A stretch of 63,059 nucleotides of DNA, the filler included, from Perkinsus chesapeaki ATCC PRA-425 (Eukaryota > Protista > Perkinsozoa), in assembly GCA_013115145.1 (NCBI GenBank). It is 6 parts of 6 records of this genome, joined end to end, with 100 filler letters (N's around TTAATTAATTAA, not from the genome) between each part and the next. Parts side by side here need not be neighbours in the genome. Positions count along the whole stretch, not along the records: positions 1 to 27,635 come from JAAPAO010000489.1; 5 more parts are not named here. One strand, given 5' to 3'. Below the pieces are notes generated by a model. That model ran no database searches. It was given only the letters and a program-made list of their open reading frames with translations, and was not told the DNA's origin. The position numbers and the translations under genes were made by a program. This document shows positions 13,045 to 25,578 of the stretch, piece by piece. How positions within the stretch are numbered: position 1 is the first letter of the stretch; the number at the start of each line of letters is the position of its first letter.

Positions 13045-13620
13045 GCCAATCGAGTGGAAAACTATTAGTTCCGCAATTTGGGATATATTGAATGGTTAGT
13101 GATGCTTGATAGGCTATTGCTACGTTTTAGCCAGTTTGACCAAGCTTTCGATGAGTTCATGGGGTCGTTCAATAAACCAATTTTGAATTTCAAAATCTTC
13201 TTACACGTTAAATGTGATCCTAGAATCGATTATGAATTCCAGAATTGATTCATGAAGATTTATTGCGTTGAGATTTTCTAAGTCAAAGCAAGAGCGCAAG
13301 ATCCTACGTCTCATCATCATCCACAGTTGTCGAATTGTCTCTTTGAGAGCACAACAAGAGTTGGTATGTTAGAACTGAATAGACCCCTATTGAACATGTC
13401 TCTCTTCTGCTTAAGCGATTAATAATCTACCCATGCATATTCCGCCTCAATCGAATGGTTAATGAAATGTTGTCGTCCCATGGGAATAAATACTATTACC
13501 TGATAAGTCGCTTAAATTATTGAGAATGAAAAGCTAAAAACTTCGCCAACTGCTACACTTTCAATGGTAGCTCGTCGGATAAGGTGTGTTCTGTGTCATT
13601 GTATAATAGAATGTTTGTTA

Positions 13621-14976
13621 ATGGTATCGAGAGCCAGTATTGAATTTGAAGCAGAATTGGCAACAGCTTTGGAGAAAAGTAAAGTGACATTTGAAGAAGA
13701 GCAAAAAAGACGAATAGGGTTGCCGGATAGAACGCATCATAATAATAATAATAACTTTTTAACAAGAAGTCTCACACAGACTTTTACAGAATTAAAAAAA
13801 GACAACTCAAAGCCACATAGACAAAGTAGGATAGTGAAGGATGCGGAGCAGGCTTTATTGGCTATGGTGGCTAGGAGACAGGAGAATAGGAGGTCCGATG
13901 TCAACCTTATTTATATCTTGCACGGTTGAAGCTAAGATATTATCTCAGGCAAATCTCCGATTCGAGAGCTAGTTCTCGTAAATCTTCCGAGTGCGCAGAA
14001 TCAGTGGTATGTTCGTTGGATTCATCATCTGTTAAAGTCGAAGCAGCTTTGGCCGCATTAGACGTTCAAATCGTCGACGTTGGAAGTCGGAATACATCCG
14101 AAAATGGTAACATAAAAATGTTAGAATCTCTCTTGGCCCTTCTCAGCTGAGCTTCAAAAACCCCTTCCTGAAGGGCCATAGAAAATACCCTCTTTTCTCA
14201 CTGGCTTCCTTTGCGATTTTTTGCCCATCAACGTATTGCTCATCAGACTTGATCACTAGTCGGGCGGTTCTGTAAAATTAATTATTCGAAAACGCTCACG
14301 ACTAGCCTCGTTGTTAGGGGATGAGATGTACAATCAATGCTTTTATCTGTCATTGGCGGCATCTTGGTTGGCTACAATATCTGAAGGTTTCATTGATTTA
14401 CAAGAATCTGCCGACTTAATTAAAGAGGTGAGGATATCAACCTAATTCGTATCTTGCAAGCTCAACCTTTGGATATCTTTTTCAGACAGCACTGTCGCTG
14501 AAAAGATTCATTGAAGGTCGAGTTCTAGAATCTCATCCACAATGGAGCGAAACCGGTCAAGTTGGCGAGAACATTCAAGTAACCTCTGCATCACCTCTTT
14601 ACTTCATCCGCTCAGATCTTCTCACCAAATATCTGCAGCAATAGTATTCCTTCGAAAAATTATCGTTATTTCGACCTTGTCTTTTTTTCAGGCCTTCAGT
14701 GACTTCCTTCCCTATGCTATGTGCCGCCGCCGCAAAGCCGGGACAAGAGGGCCCATGGATGATTTGTGCATATTCGTTATTAGTGAAGTTGGCCAAGCCG
14801 ACCTTTATATTGGACGAAAATTTTCTGATAAGAAATCAGACGTCATCTTAGTGTATCACACTCCTGGTCACTACCAGTGTATTTTACAGTCAAATGGGTT
14901 ACCGATGAAAAGGAATAATGTTAAGAATGCATTGGAGAAATGGGGAGTTATTGTCGTTGAAACACGAGACATTTAA
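13621..14976 (+). CDS. Uncharacterised protein with an N-terminal UIM-like helix and a putative OTU-like Cys/His peptidase domain
   Basis: Phase-consistent exons give EFEAELATALEKS...IVDVGSRNTSENG|DEMYNQCFYLSLAASW...|TALSLKRFIEGRVLESHPQW...|AFSDFLPYAM...LVYHTPGHYQCI. Family assignment is by motif resemblance only. Confidence 0.65.
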
Positions 14977-15243
14977 TAGATTATTTAATATGATGTTATC
15001 TAGTCAAATCACTGCTTGAGTTGGTTAATCTTATCAAACCGTAATCATAAAGTAGTGGAATAGATAATGAATTGGTAGATATCTCAGCGACTTGGTATTC
15101 CAACACATTTCTACAGTTTATCATCATCATCATCTCAATTGACCATCGCATCGCATTTTTACTCATTCTTACTGTGTGATAAACTTTAAGGCGGCCATCA
15201 ATGCCATTCAATGCTTCCTTCAGTACCATCATCAACTAGAGAA

Positions 15244-17131
15244 ATGTCAACTCTCAACACCATCGAAGATGCTCTCAATAACCTCTATCCATGTGATAGA
15301 CCATTCAATTGGATTCAAATCATTAACTCTCCTACTCTAGCCGACCTCACATCAATAGTCAAAGGCCAATACCACACCGACAGTGTAGATATATCCCTTC
15401 GTGTCTTTGGTTCTGCTGCCACTGGTTTGGTCAGCGACCATTCTGACATCGACATCAATTTGGCGATTCACGACGATAGTGTTGAGCCAAGGCGCTTCGT
15501 GGCTTGGTTAGCTACTAGTGCTGATCTTCATGGGAGATTCATCGTTGAGAATTGGGCATCCCAAGCCCGAGTGCCGATTGTAAAACTCCGTGATTTGCAT
15601 ACGAGCAAGGTGTTGGATATAAGTGTGTGTAATTATCTTCCGGAGATCAACTCAAAGCTCATTGCTGGATATGTTGCCATCAGCCCGAAGGTCCGTAGAT
15701 TCATCATGACTATTATAGTAAGAATAGCCTTTCTGCTGAGTTTTCGAATTCTCTATTGTTGGTCGAACTGAGATCGATTCTTTTAAATGTCAATAAGCTT
15801 GCTAATTTATTCGTTTCAATAACTCCCCCAAAACGGTGAATGAGGTATGTTTTAACCGTAACTGCAGTTTCGTTCGCTTCTGAGCGAAAGCCCAAATGAT
15901 CAGTGTTATGTAATTGCTTTATTATTTTCAGGCATGGTCAAAGTGTCGAGGGCTCTGTGGTGTCCAACAGGCAGGAGGCCTGAGCAGCTACGCTATAACA
16001 CTCATGTGTATCTTTCTATTGCAAGTAACTTGTATGTTTACGAATAGTCGTCTTCCCTCCTCATTTGGCTACCATCACTGACTCACAAAATTTATCATTA
16101 AAAGTATTAGCATTCATATTTGGCCTCGACATGGGATCGATCAACATTACCCTTTATATCAACTTGTATTATTGGTTGTTATGTCACCTTCCTACTCAAT
16201 ACCAGTTGAAATTCGATAGATTTGCCCTTCATGGATCTGCTTGAGTTTTCTCCTGCGATGATGCAAGTTGGCTTATTTCACTCTCTTCATCGAATACATG
16301 AAATTACGTTGCATTCCTCCCCACATTCTATGACAGCTGGTTTGTTTTTAGGCATGCGGATATCTTCCTTGCCTCCAACGAGAGGCAAATCAAACAGATT
16401 CTTTCGAGTCCGATGCAGACGGGTATCAAGAAGCGTATCTTAGGTTCAACAAAGATTCAATCCTTGGCAACCTCGGATTCGCAGATCCGTGCAATATTGA
16501 CATGTTCTACGAAGCCGATTCTCCCAGTAGTTGCACTTCAACTGTAGCAACATCGACGAATGTCTTAAAATCTTCGCAGTGCGCCATTGAGGTTAACGAG
16601 ATGATATCCGAGGAGTATCTTTGTTATCGATATGCTTTGGAGCAAGTTAAAGTGGTGGATTTGATAAGATTATTTTTTATATTTTATAACCAATACGTGT
16701 TTGCATCAAAACACACGGTAGTTGTATCCATAAGGCAAGGCTGTCTGATGACGAGACACTCCTCGAGATTTGAGAATCTGAAACCGTCGAATGTGTCCCG
16801 ACGAAAACTGATAATCGAGGATCCATTTCTGCTGGATGTCGATCTAGCGCGAGTTGTTCATCCGGACACATATGAGCAACTTCGCTTGGAGATTTGCCAA
16901 GGCTTTAATCCCTTTAGCGAAGAGTGTCTCAAAGATTTTATAGAAACAATATCGCACCCAGGTATCGAACCTGTGCGGGTTGATGGCGAGAGGCTTCCGA
17001 GATTGGAATTGCCAGTACCGGTTAGGAGACCGAGTCCGACTCCTTTGAGCGATGGGGAGGTCGGAGGTTCGATCACGCCAAGCGGCGATTTATTACTTAA
17101 AAGGATTTATCATATCAGGCGAAAGAACTGA
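15244..17131 (+). CDS. Non-canonical poly(A) polymerase / terminal uridylyltransferase (Cid1/Trf4-like) copy 1
   Basis: VFGSAATGLVSDHSDID (GS..DxD), ARVPIVK, LDISV (third Asp), AWSK..GGLSSYAITLMCIFLLQ, PAP-associated LIIEDPF. Introns at 15718-15931 and 16025-16351. Confidence 0.9.
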
Positions 17132-17411
17132 TATGAAATGCGGGAGGAGGTTAAATGAGCTCAGCGAACGCGACAAAGATACGCTGTGCGCACTCGGAAG
17201 ATTTTTGGTGGTCTTTTTGCGGTATTAATTAAAACTTAAAGTAAAAAGTCGAATATCCTTGTTTATTGTATAACGTATCTTGGTGATGCATGATAACTCC
17301 TCCCAAGTCACATATTCTTGGTGATGATCTGATACAGACATTTGTTGTGTTGGGAATCCTAACTTGGACCGTGCAAGATACATCGCGAGTTAAGTTGACG
17401 CTCTTCTTGTC

Positions 17412-18832
17412 ATGTCTGAGACCGAAGCTGAAGTGACTCAGCCGACCGAGGAACTATCCGACGAATCAACAGGGTCGAACGATCCACCTGTCCACTTGGA
17501 GGACCCAAAGATAGGGTAAGCTTCCATCATGTACTTGTCAAAGATGAAATATCTAAATAGTTCAATAACCATAAAGCTACGAAAGCTATTCCCTGATATG
17601 TATGTCGATGCTAAAGTAGAACCGGAACCAGTGGGAAAAGATAAAGTTATAGAAGATGGAGGCGACAAAGATATTAACGAGGTCAGCATTGATGCATAGG
17701 GCAAGATACCGCAATCTAAGATATTACAAATATCCAGTTATTATTCGGTCAGCGGCCTTCCGCGAACCTTTTATAACAATTGCTTTGAGGAATGTGGCGA
17801 CGGTAAAGTATATTGGGGAACTAACGTTGTGACGCATAACAGAATCTTCCTTCATCTAGCGTCGGACAAGTGGGCCTTCTCGAGGAGGAATGAATAAGTC
17901 GAAACGATATCTATCAGCACGTCTCTGAACTCGAATAGTCTTGCTATTGAGTGTGAGTAGATACCAAAAGACGAGGAAGAAGAAGAACACAGTGAAGAGG
18001 CTCCACGAACAGTCCTACCTTATCCGGTCACGGAAGCAGCGAGGGTCAGAGCGGAGGCATGTCAACGACTTGATGAACTTATGGCACGACAAGCTGAAGA
18101 TGAAATTAAAATGATAGAAGATATTTTAGTGAGGCAACAGGAAGAACGGCTAGTTGAAGACGAGAAGGCAAAGAATGATATGAAGAATATTCATGGACTC
18201 GATTGGGGAAGGCAAATCCCCAAAAGAAGGCTCCTACTTGAAAAGTAGCTAACTGGAATTCTACTGTTTTGTAAATGTCACTTAACTGTAGCCACAGTTT
18301 CACTCGCACACTTTTTATATTATGTTACGGAGAATTGAATTTGCATACACGAATGTCAGGTGCTTGTGCTGCTCCAAGAACATACATAAAGAAGGCCAAG
18401 AAGGAGCGACGACCAATGGTTGCTCATGTTCGCACACAAAAGGCATACTTGACGATTTATCTTGCCGAAAATTGGGGTACTCATTCGAGTCGACGGGAGG
18501 TGGGCAGGAAATGATCAATTCAACTAGACGGACAGCTGAGGAGACCGAGAAGTGATTTTGTTATCATTTTTGCACTGTAACATTTACATTAGATATCTTC
18601 ATCCGTGCAGTATACTCATCGATTCAGAAATACGTCTGCGGTATCTACCGACTGGCAGGATAGGGAGGTGAGGCTATGGCTGCTGAACCGTTGGGAATAT
18701 AGTCTCATTTGTAGGTTCCCGAATTTAGTGAGCACGTCTATTCCTGAAGACCCGAACTATCTCAAGTTAACTTATTGCCTGAAGCGGAGGCGTCGTGATA
18801 AATATGAATGGCCTGAGCCTGTTGTCCCATGA
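17412..18832 (+). CDS. Uncharacterised multi-exon acidic/coiled-coil protein
   Basis: ATG at 17412 (MSETEAEVTQ). Phase-consistent exons ...RAEACQRLDELMARQAEDEIKMIEDIL...LLLEK|CLCCSK...EETEK|YLHPCSILIDSEIRL...|FPNL...WPEPVVP*. One internal junction is unresolved. Confidence 0.5.
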
Positions 18833-19186
18833 GAAGGTGTTCTTCTGTCCTTCATCCATATTGTTGCGTAGCAGTAGTTGCTATATTATAATAGGGGAAA
18901 CATTATCTAGTACAAATCCGAAGGATAAATCGTAATTGACGGAAATAAAGATGGGGCTAGTGATGGGAAGAGTGGCGCTACCCACGATTCTCGTCTTGAC
19001 GAATACGACCACGTTTGGCATCCGGTGTAAACCAAGTGGCGATTCGAAGTTGATTTTGGCGTCTCATTGGTATAACCATTGTAGCACAATTTCCGAGGTA
19101 TTCTCGCTCGCATGATAATGTTTTCATCGAGCATCGAGGAAATTCCAGCACTATGAGCTGCACACTAGAGATGTAATCGTTGTTGG

Positions 19187-20496
19187 ATGATCCAACTTGG
19201 ATCAATCGGAGGAATAAATGATCGTTGTGCCGTCCCCTGCTTCAAGATTCTTGACTGGTTATTAGCCATCTCTGTCAACATGTCAAAACGCTACTTCCTG
19301 ATTATTTTTTTGAGGAGTACGATCGGTTATGCTGCTGCCAGAATACGTGAGCATAGATCATCGCTGAGCCTTCGAAGCGTTCCATCGTCAAAACCGTCCT
19401 CGTCTGTTGAACGATGCTCTTTAAGCGGCTTTATACAAGCTACTGGACACCCAGAAGAGGTAAGCAGATGTTACTGGCAACGGGTCATTGCTAATAATGC
19501 TAGCAATGCGAAAGAGTGCCTACTAATGTGTGTAGGTTACTATTGGAGCATCCTTGAGACCAATCGGAAAAGATGAAGAAGAATCAGTTGAATTGGATTA
19601 CATCACCATTGCATCTAATGACACCTCACTCAACGGGCAGCAGCAAATCCACTATATACAGCACTTTATAGATGCCGGTATCCCAGCTGTGGATCATAGC
19701 AGTTCGAGGAGCACCGCTTTTGACAGAACTGGGAACAAATGCAAAGAGTTTATTATACGATATGGTATTGATTTAGAGTTAAGGTCCAACATAAACAAGA
19801 GTGCATATGTTGAAAATACTATAGAGGATCCTGAAAAGTGGACGCTTGCCGTAATAGCTCATGAAGCAACTGTGGCATATACGAAGAACGGGAGAAGTAT
19901 TGTGGAGTTGGGACATCACCAAGTATCCGATACCATGGGCACCACAGTGAGGCATTATCGTCAAACCCACTGAATAACCGTGCGTAGTTCTCTCGAATTA
20001 TTTCAGATGAGCAGCTGGATCACCTTCTACATGGAGAAGGACGGATTCGCAAGGCTGGCTGGGCTGAGAAGTTCTCATATCGGTTTTTACGAGTATAACG
20101 CATTTGATTGCACTTGTTACATCAATCCACTTCAGGAAGCCCACCATAAAGGTAGATGAGTTAGATGATTTAAAAGAGCATGGCAAACTACTCCGATTGA
20201 AACCATCTGAGGACGCTGTCGACTTGTGCATAAGGCAGGGCATACAATACGGTCGTTATATCTATAAAGGACTGAGTGAGGGTATTTGGCAGAGATTATC
20301 ACGTAACCAACCCTTTACCGAGGGGGCTGACATGTTAAGCCTTTATTATAATCAAAGGCTTGCGGTTAGAAGCATAGTTAAGTCGATCTGGTATAAATTA
20401 ACTGGAGCTCGTGGGATGATGCTCAACGAGACTTCTTCCACGAGTTTGATCGTACAACGTCTACATGATGGCATAATAGTAAACCACGAAGTCTAA
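19187..20496 (+). CDS. Probable multi-exon uncharacterised gene
   Basis: Three consecutive protein-like plus-strand ORFs (19187-19576, 19554-19973, 20104-20496) with GT/AG-bounded junctions. No domain recognised and the start is not located. Confidence 0.35.
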
Positions 20497-21251
20497 TAGT
20501 CCTTCTATTAATTATCTATTGCTCCGGTTGCACCCGTTCTCACTACTGCAGTTGTGCTCGCTGTTGCTGTTATCTGAGGATTGTTTGTCTAGTTGCCCCA
20601 GTGTACAACATTGTGTAATAAGTAAATTAAAAAAATATAAAGGCGTCCAGTGTCGCCCTGCCCGAGAGAACATTGATCGAGGACGCCTGTTTTCACAATT
20701 CTGTTGCTGTTACGATAATTCTCAAGACTAATAAGAAAAAATATCGACATTTGAGACACTCCAGCAAGACTTTGTGTCAAGCAATTGGCTGAGCGTTGCA
20801 GTCAGGAATGTTTTGAGGCGTTTCAATAGCGCAGTGTTATCCTTCCACCGTAGCACCACTTTGGGGCGGCTCTCCAATCTCTTGGAGATGTGTGTTTATT
20901 GCAGTCGCAGCAATGTACTGCTGTAGTATTCACGTGATGACAACGCAACGCTATTGGTTTAAGTAAAATCTCCCACTAGGGCGGGTAATAGACAATATAC
21001 AGTACTCGGACATCATCACCGTTTTGATCAAAATAATTGAGGAGACCCCCATGCTATCACGGAACCGACTCCATCTGACTTTGCGCGCCTGTTGCTGCAC
21101 AGAAAGTCTCAATGTAAAACTGTTCTTCAGAATAGAACCCCAAAGTGGTGTTGTGGACGGTATTTGGGAAACTTTTTTGATAGAAGGAAACAGTGAAAGT
21201 CTCATGTTCAGGAAAAGGCGCGAAAAGTTACGATAGAATAGATACCAATGC

Positions 21252-23682
21252 TTATAGGGTCTCCCGTTGGGAAGCCCTTCGGACATTGTCATTCATCAAT
21301 GATCCATTTAATTGCTCGGCGGTCGTTTGGAGCGCACGACGAATGATGGTCTAAGACTTAGAAATAAAGCATCGACAAATGCTATTTCAGCATACCCAAT
21401 CATGGCAGTTGGATGCCAAGTCCTTCTCTCGCAGGAAAGGATCATTGATAACAGGCGAGATCAGAAAATCCCAACGCGAAGCCTGGCTGCTTTTGTTTTC
21501 CAGGGCTGCGGTGGTGATGTCGACGGGGTTACGGTAAGAGAACTCGCCGAGGCCATAGAAGCGAAAGAAGCCGGCGAATAGTTGGGCTTCATCATCGGGG
21601 CCATAGTCGTGAAAATGCGGACAAATCTCTCTTCTGAATATCGCAGTTTGAACGGCTTCATCATCGGAATCTAAAAGAATCATAACCAGCTAAATTGATA
21701 CAGCATTAAACACACCATAGAAGGATGTCGTCGAGGTTGGGTTGTTTCTCGTCTTGCCGTTGAATGGCCGCTGAAGGCTGGGGAGGATACCAACTCTAAC
21801 TTGCAGATAGAAAATAACCATCATTGTCCAAGCATAGGAAGATAACCGACGGAAGTTATTCTGCATGCTGGAGACAAGACCCGCACCCTTTGCCCATGCC
21901 TTCACAGCACGGACCACCGGGGTTACGCAGCAGTGTAATCTGATTGAAAAACCGTATTACCCATATGTGGCAGCCGTGAATGACCTGCCGTATTCTCTAA
22001 GAAGTTCAGAATTCTTAACCCCGAGTGAGTTCATAAATGATAGATCAACTTCGACTGTCTGCCCCGATCGCCGCGCACCATCCTTGTCCCATGTGGTCAA
22101 CTTGAGCTTGATTATCGGAACTCTAGCATGAGCAACTACCTCAACGACCTGACAGCAGCCCTGACGGTTACAGTAATGACGGTGAAGTTTAATAACCTTA
22201 ATTTGGTGGGGAGTTCTGCCGTACGCAACCAAAGGTTGATGTGCCAAGCGTTCAGAAAGCCTCCTTACAAATGATTGGGAATGTTTATACCATCGAGCGG
22301 ATCTGAAAGAGTTATCTCTATAGGAGGCCGTTCAAGTTTAATACGGTTACTTTCCTTCGGTCAGGCCAGCATCGATTGTTGTTTCCTTGTCTCGTAGAAG
22401 TACAACTGCATCGACGTCACTTACGCTACCGGGAAGAGAAAAGCCACTCAAAGCCGAGCCGAAGACCTGCTGGCATTTGCAACTAAATGACGGTTACTAT
22501 CGATGTCATTACCCTAATGTAGCCATGATAACGTTTAAGCCCCTTAATATTCTTGAGAGTTTCAGCGATTTTAGAGGAAAGCAAGGTAGTAAGTATTCCT
22601 TCCCATTCAAGTGCCGATGGCTTCGGGTGGTCCCCCTGACGGAGCAACTGGTTAGTATGAGCCCTTTTCGGAGGAACTGTTGTCTTGGTGGGATTATGCT
22701 CCGAAGGCAGTATTGCATAGGCGCCGATAACCCTGGTCGTAGATGATATTATAAATTCCTTTCTGAGTAAGGTCACGCACCCTGTAGGATTCCAGGATAT
22801 GTCGACCTCAGGTATTGTTCCACAAACCAGGCATAGTATAGATAGGAAAGAAAGCCCTCGATGAGACTTGCTTTGGAGAGCATCGTCACCGTCAATGGAA
22901 TTGGATGATACGTCCAAATGATGAAGTTTCACATGATAATCCAGCTTGGAAACCCATCTCTGATCGACGTTGTTGAGTCTTAAGAGTTGCTTGGCTTCAA
23001 GACCACAGTCTGCCATGCGAAGCCTTCCAATATCAATATCAATAATAGACCTTACTGTTAAGTCATACCATGCAGCAGCATCATCAGACGTATCCGGCAA
23101 CTCCTTCGCCAAGGCGGCAATGTTCCCCACCAAACCCATCATAAACCGGCAAAGTTCATCAGCATGTTGCTTCGGTGTGTTGGAGGCATCTACTGTGATA
23201 TTAAGCACCGGTATGAGTCTCGGGCCTTGATGGACATCTACCATGTCTGCCATAGCACGAGTGACTCTTCTCAGATTATGCACGATGCCCCTCAAAATGG
23301 CTTCACTAGACTTCTGCGTTTCAAAAGGTGATGCTCGTGCAGCACTAGTCTTAAGATCGATTTCAACCGAAACAGTCAAGTAGTCCGTAACTCTATGACC
23401 AGCATGATAGCTGTAGAAGAGCTCCCATGCTTCACACGGATGTAGCCAATAGCACAACAGTGAGGAGGGTAGATGACGAACGTCAATTTCTCGACGGTTA
23501 GCGACATTCACATTGCTGATGGAGGGTCTATCGGGTCGAGTAGTGTGGATGACACCGATAGATACTTTAACAACGTTTTTCGACCAAGTAGTTTTAATAT
23601 CTGACGAAACATGTCCCGAAACCTTGACCGACTCGGGACAGTAGCATGTTTGCTCTTGCACTTGCCACGCTGCCATTCCCAA
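21252..23682 (-). CDS. TUTase / non-canonical PAP copy 2 with a long N-terminal extension containing an LRR-like segment
   Basis: Exon join RYHGYIR|VFGSALSGFSLPGSVSDVDAVVLL. Also HARVPIIKL, VEVDLSFMN, AVKAWAK..LSSYAWTMMVIFYLQ and PVINDPF. The N-terminal exon has LRLNNV...LHHLDVSSNSIDG...VDISWNP. The last exon DW|TIIRRALQ...ETL* ends at 21252. Confidence 0.85.
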
Positions 23683-23849
23683 TGTCGAGTAAACAACTGC
23701 TACTTACAGAAAACGCTCATCTACCCACGCAGAAATGCTTTCCTATCGGAAAATGCGAAACACCCTCCCCGTTTGGGTGCTCCTCTGTAACAAGACTAAA
23801 ATAACTCAAGAGTAGATGAATGACGATCGGTTAATGATGATGATGTTTA

Positions 23850-25570
23850 CCAAGATATAACAATGGTCAATTTCGTCGTCTATCAAATGCAGCAGCTGTA
23901 TACACCACTTATAAGGTGATGAAACTATATCATCATCTAAACGAACATTCTACTAGAATCTATAATCATCATTTATTCCCTCCATCTTTTAGGTGTCACC
24001 TTTCTCATCACTTTTGCTGTGTATAATGTGCGAGACTACTATAACGGTGATTATACCTTAAAGATGAGGGTGATGATAATAACGATATACCAAAGAGAAT
24101 GTGATGATGATGTTGTTGACAACTACAGCAACAACCACCATTATCATAATCATTAATGACCGAGCATAAAACCAACAACAGCAGTAGTAGAGGGCGGCGG
24201 AGGAGGAGGCGTACTGGATCCACAACCACCAAACATACTGCTGGATAACTACCCACTACAATAGCGAGTCGGAAACAACAATGAATAAGAAGAGCAGTTG
24301 GCTGGTTATCATCATAATAATCAATTGTGCGGGAGGGGCAACATTATTATAACACTTCAACGTCGTTAAGTAACATTGTTGCCGTGAATGATGATGTAAA
24401 TACAGAAAGCCTTCCGAGAGGTAATCACTACTGCTCTTACGCATTCTTCTTTTAATGATGATACTGTTGTTGCTTCAACTACTACCAGTACAATATTCGA
24501 AAACATGACCACGACAAGACGAAGATATGGCGGCAAGTTGATGATTATGATGTTACTTTTGTTGGTGTCGAGGACAACGGCAGCCTTTGCCTTACTATTA
24601 TCTAAAATAGGCATCATGCGCCCTCCCAAAATATGCATGGCAAAAAAGACAAGTAGTAGCCTCCAACATAGATGGCACCATAGTCATTATCAATAAGTAT
24701 ACCAAATAGAAGACTGACGAATTAATGTCGTCATTTGTAGATGCCATCTATCAAGTGAATATGTATATTAATAATGACGGTGGTTATATTTACTATAAAG
24801 TGTTGTTGATGAAGGCTGTGATGATGATGATGTGCTGTGTGAATCTGTGAACTCGTTAGCACTTTAGCAAAGACAATGACAGTAAATAAACCAATAGTAC
24901 CATCAGTGATAGGAGATAGGAAATAGTCGCACCGGACGAACTGTTCTCGATCGATCCAGCGAAAATTCGTCAACACACATTGACGATGATAGTGAAGATA
25001 ATCGCCTTGCATATCAGGGAACAACAGGAGCCGTCGACAGCAACATAGGAGGAGGAGCAACATCATCAATAGCAACAACCGTTACCAGCCTGATAACAGT
25101 TGATGTCGGTAATCATCAGCAAATGCAACCATTCAACTTCATAAATAAGACATAGACGAATCTAATCATACCATAGATAGCTACAACGAATAGTAAAGTC
25201 GGCAATATAGATAATAAGTATCATCATAAGTAGTGTTATTATTGGCCTATTGGAAGAGGAAGATAACCATACAATAATTCATATACACATCATCAGCAAG
25301 ATGAAGTTAATGAGAATGGTAGAAAATAATACCCTGTTGTTGTTGATGATGACGAAATATCGTCGAGGATAATAATGATGGCACGTAGAATCTGCTACAA
25401 TATTGGCAGATCCTAGTACCAACATTAAAGCGCGATAAAAACGACGATATAACTGATACCATCAATACTAGTACAGAGGAGGCATGCCACTACTACCAAC
25501 AAGAACCACTACATACGATATAGCTTATTAACGATGATGACGACGATACTATAGACAACAAAGACGATAA
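23850..25570. other. AT-rich low-complexity tract (GAT/AAT/CAT/CAG triplet runs) downstream of the Mei2-like gene
   Basis: Imperfect trinucleotide runs with stops in all frames and no long clean ORF. Confidence 0.6.
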
Positions 25571-25578
25571 TGATGATG

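Noticed and set aside
20500-21250. Short ORFs on both strands between the uncharacterised gene and TUTase-2
   Set aside because: No consistent exon chain or domain was found.
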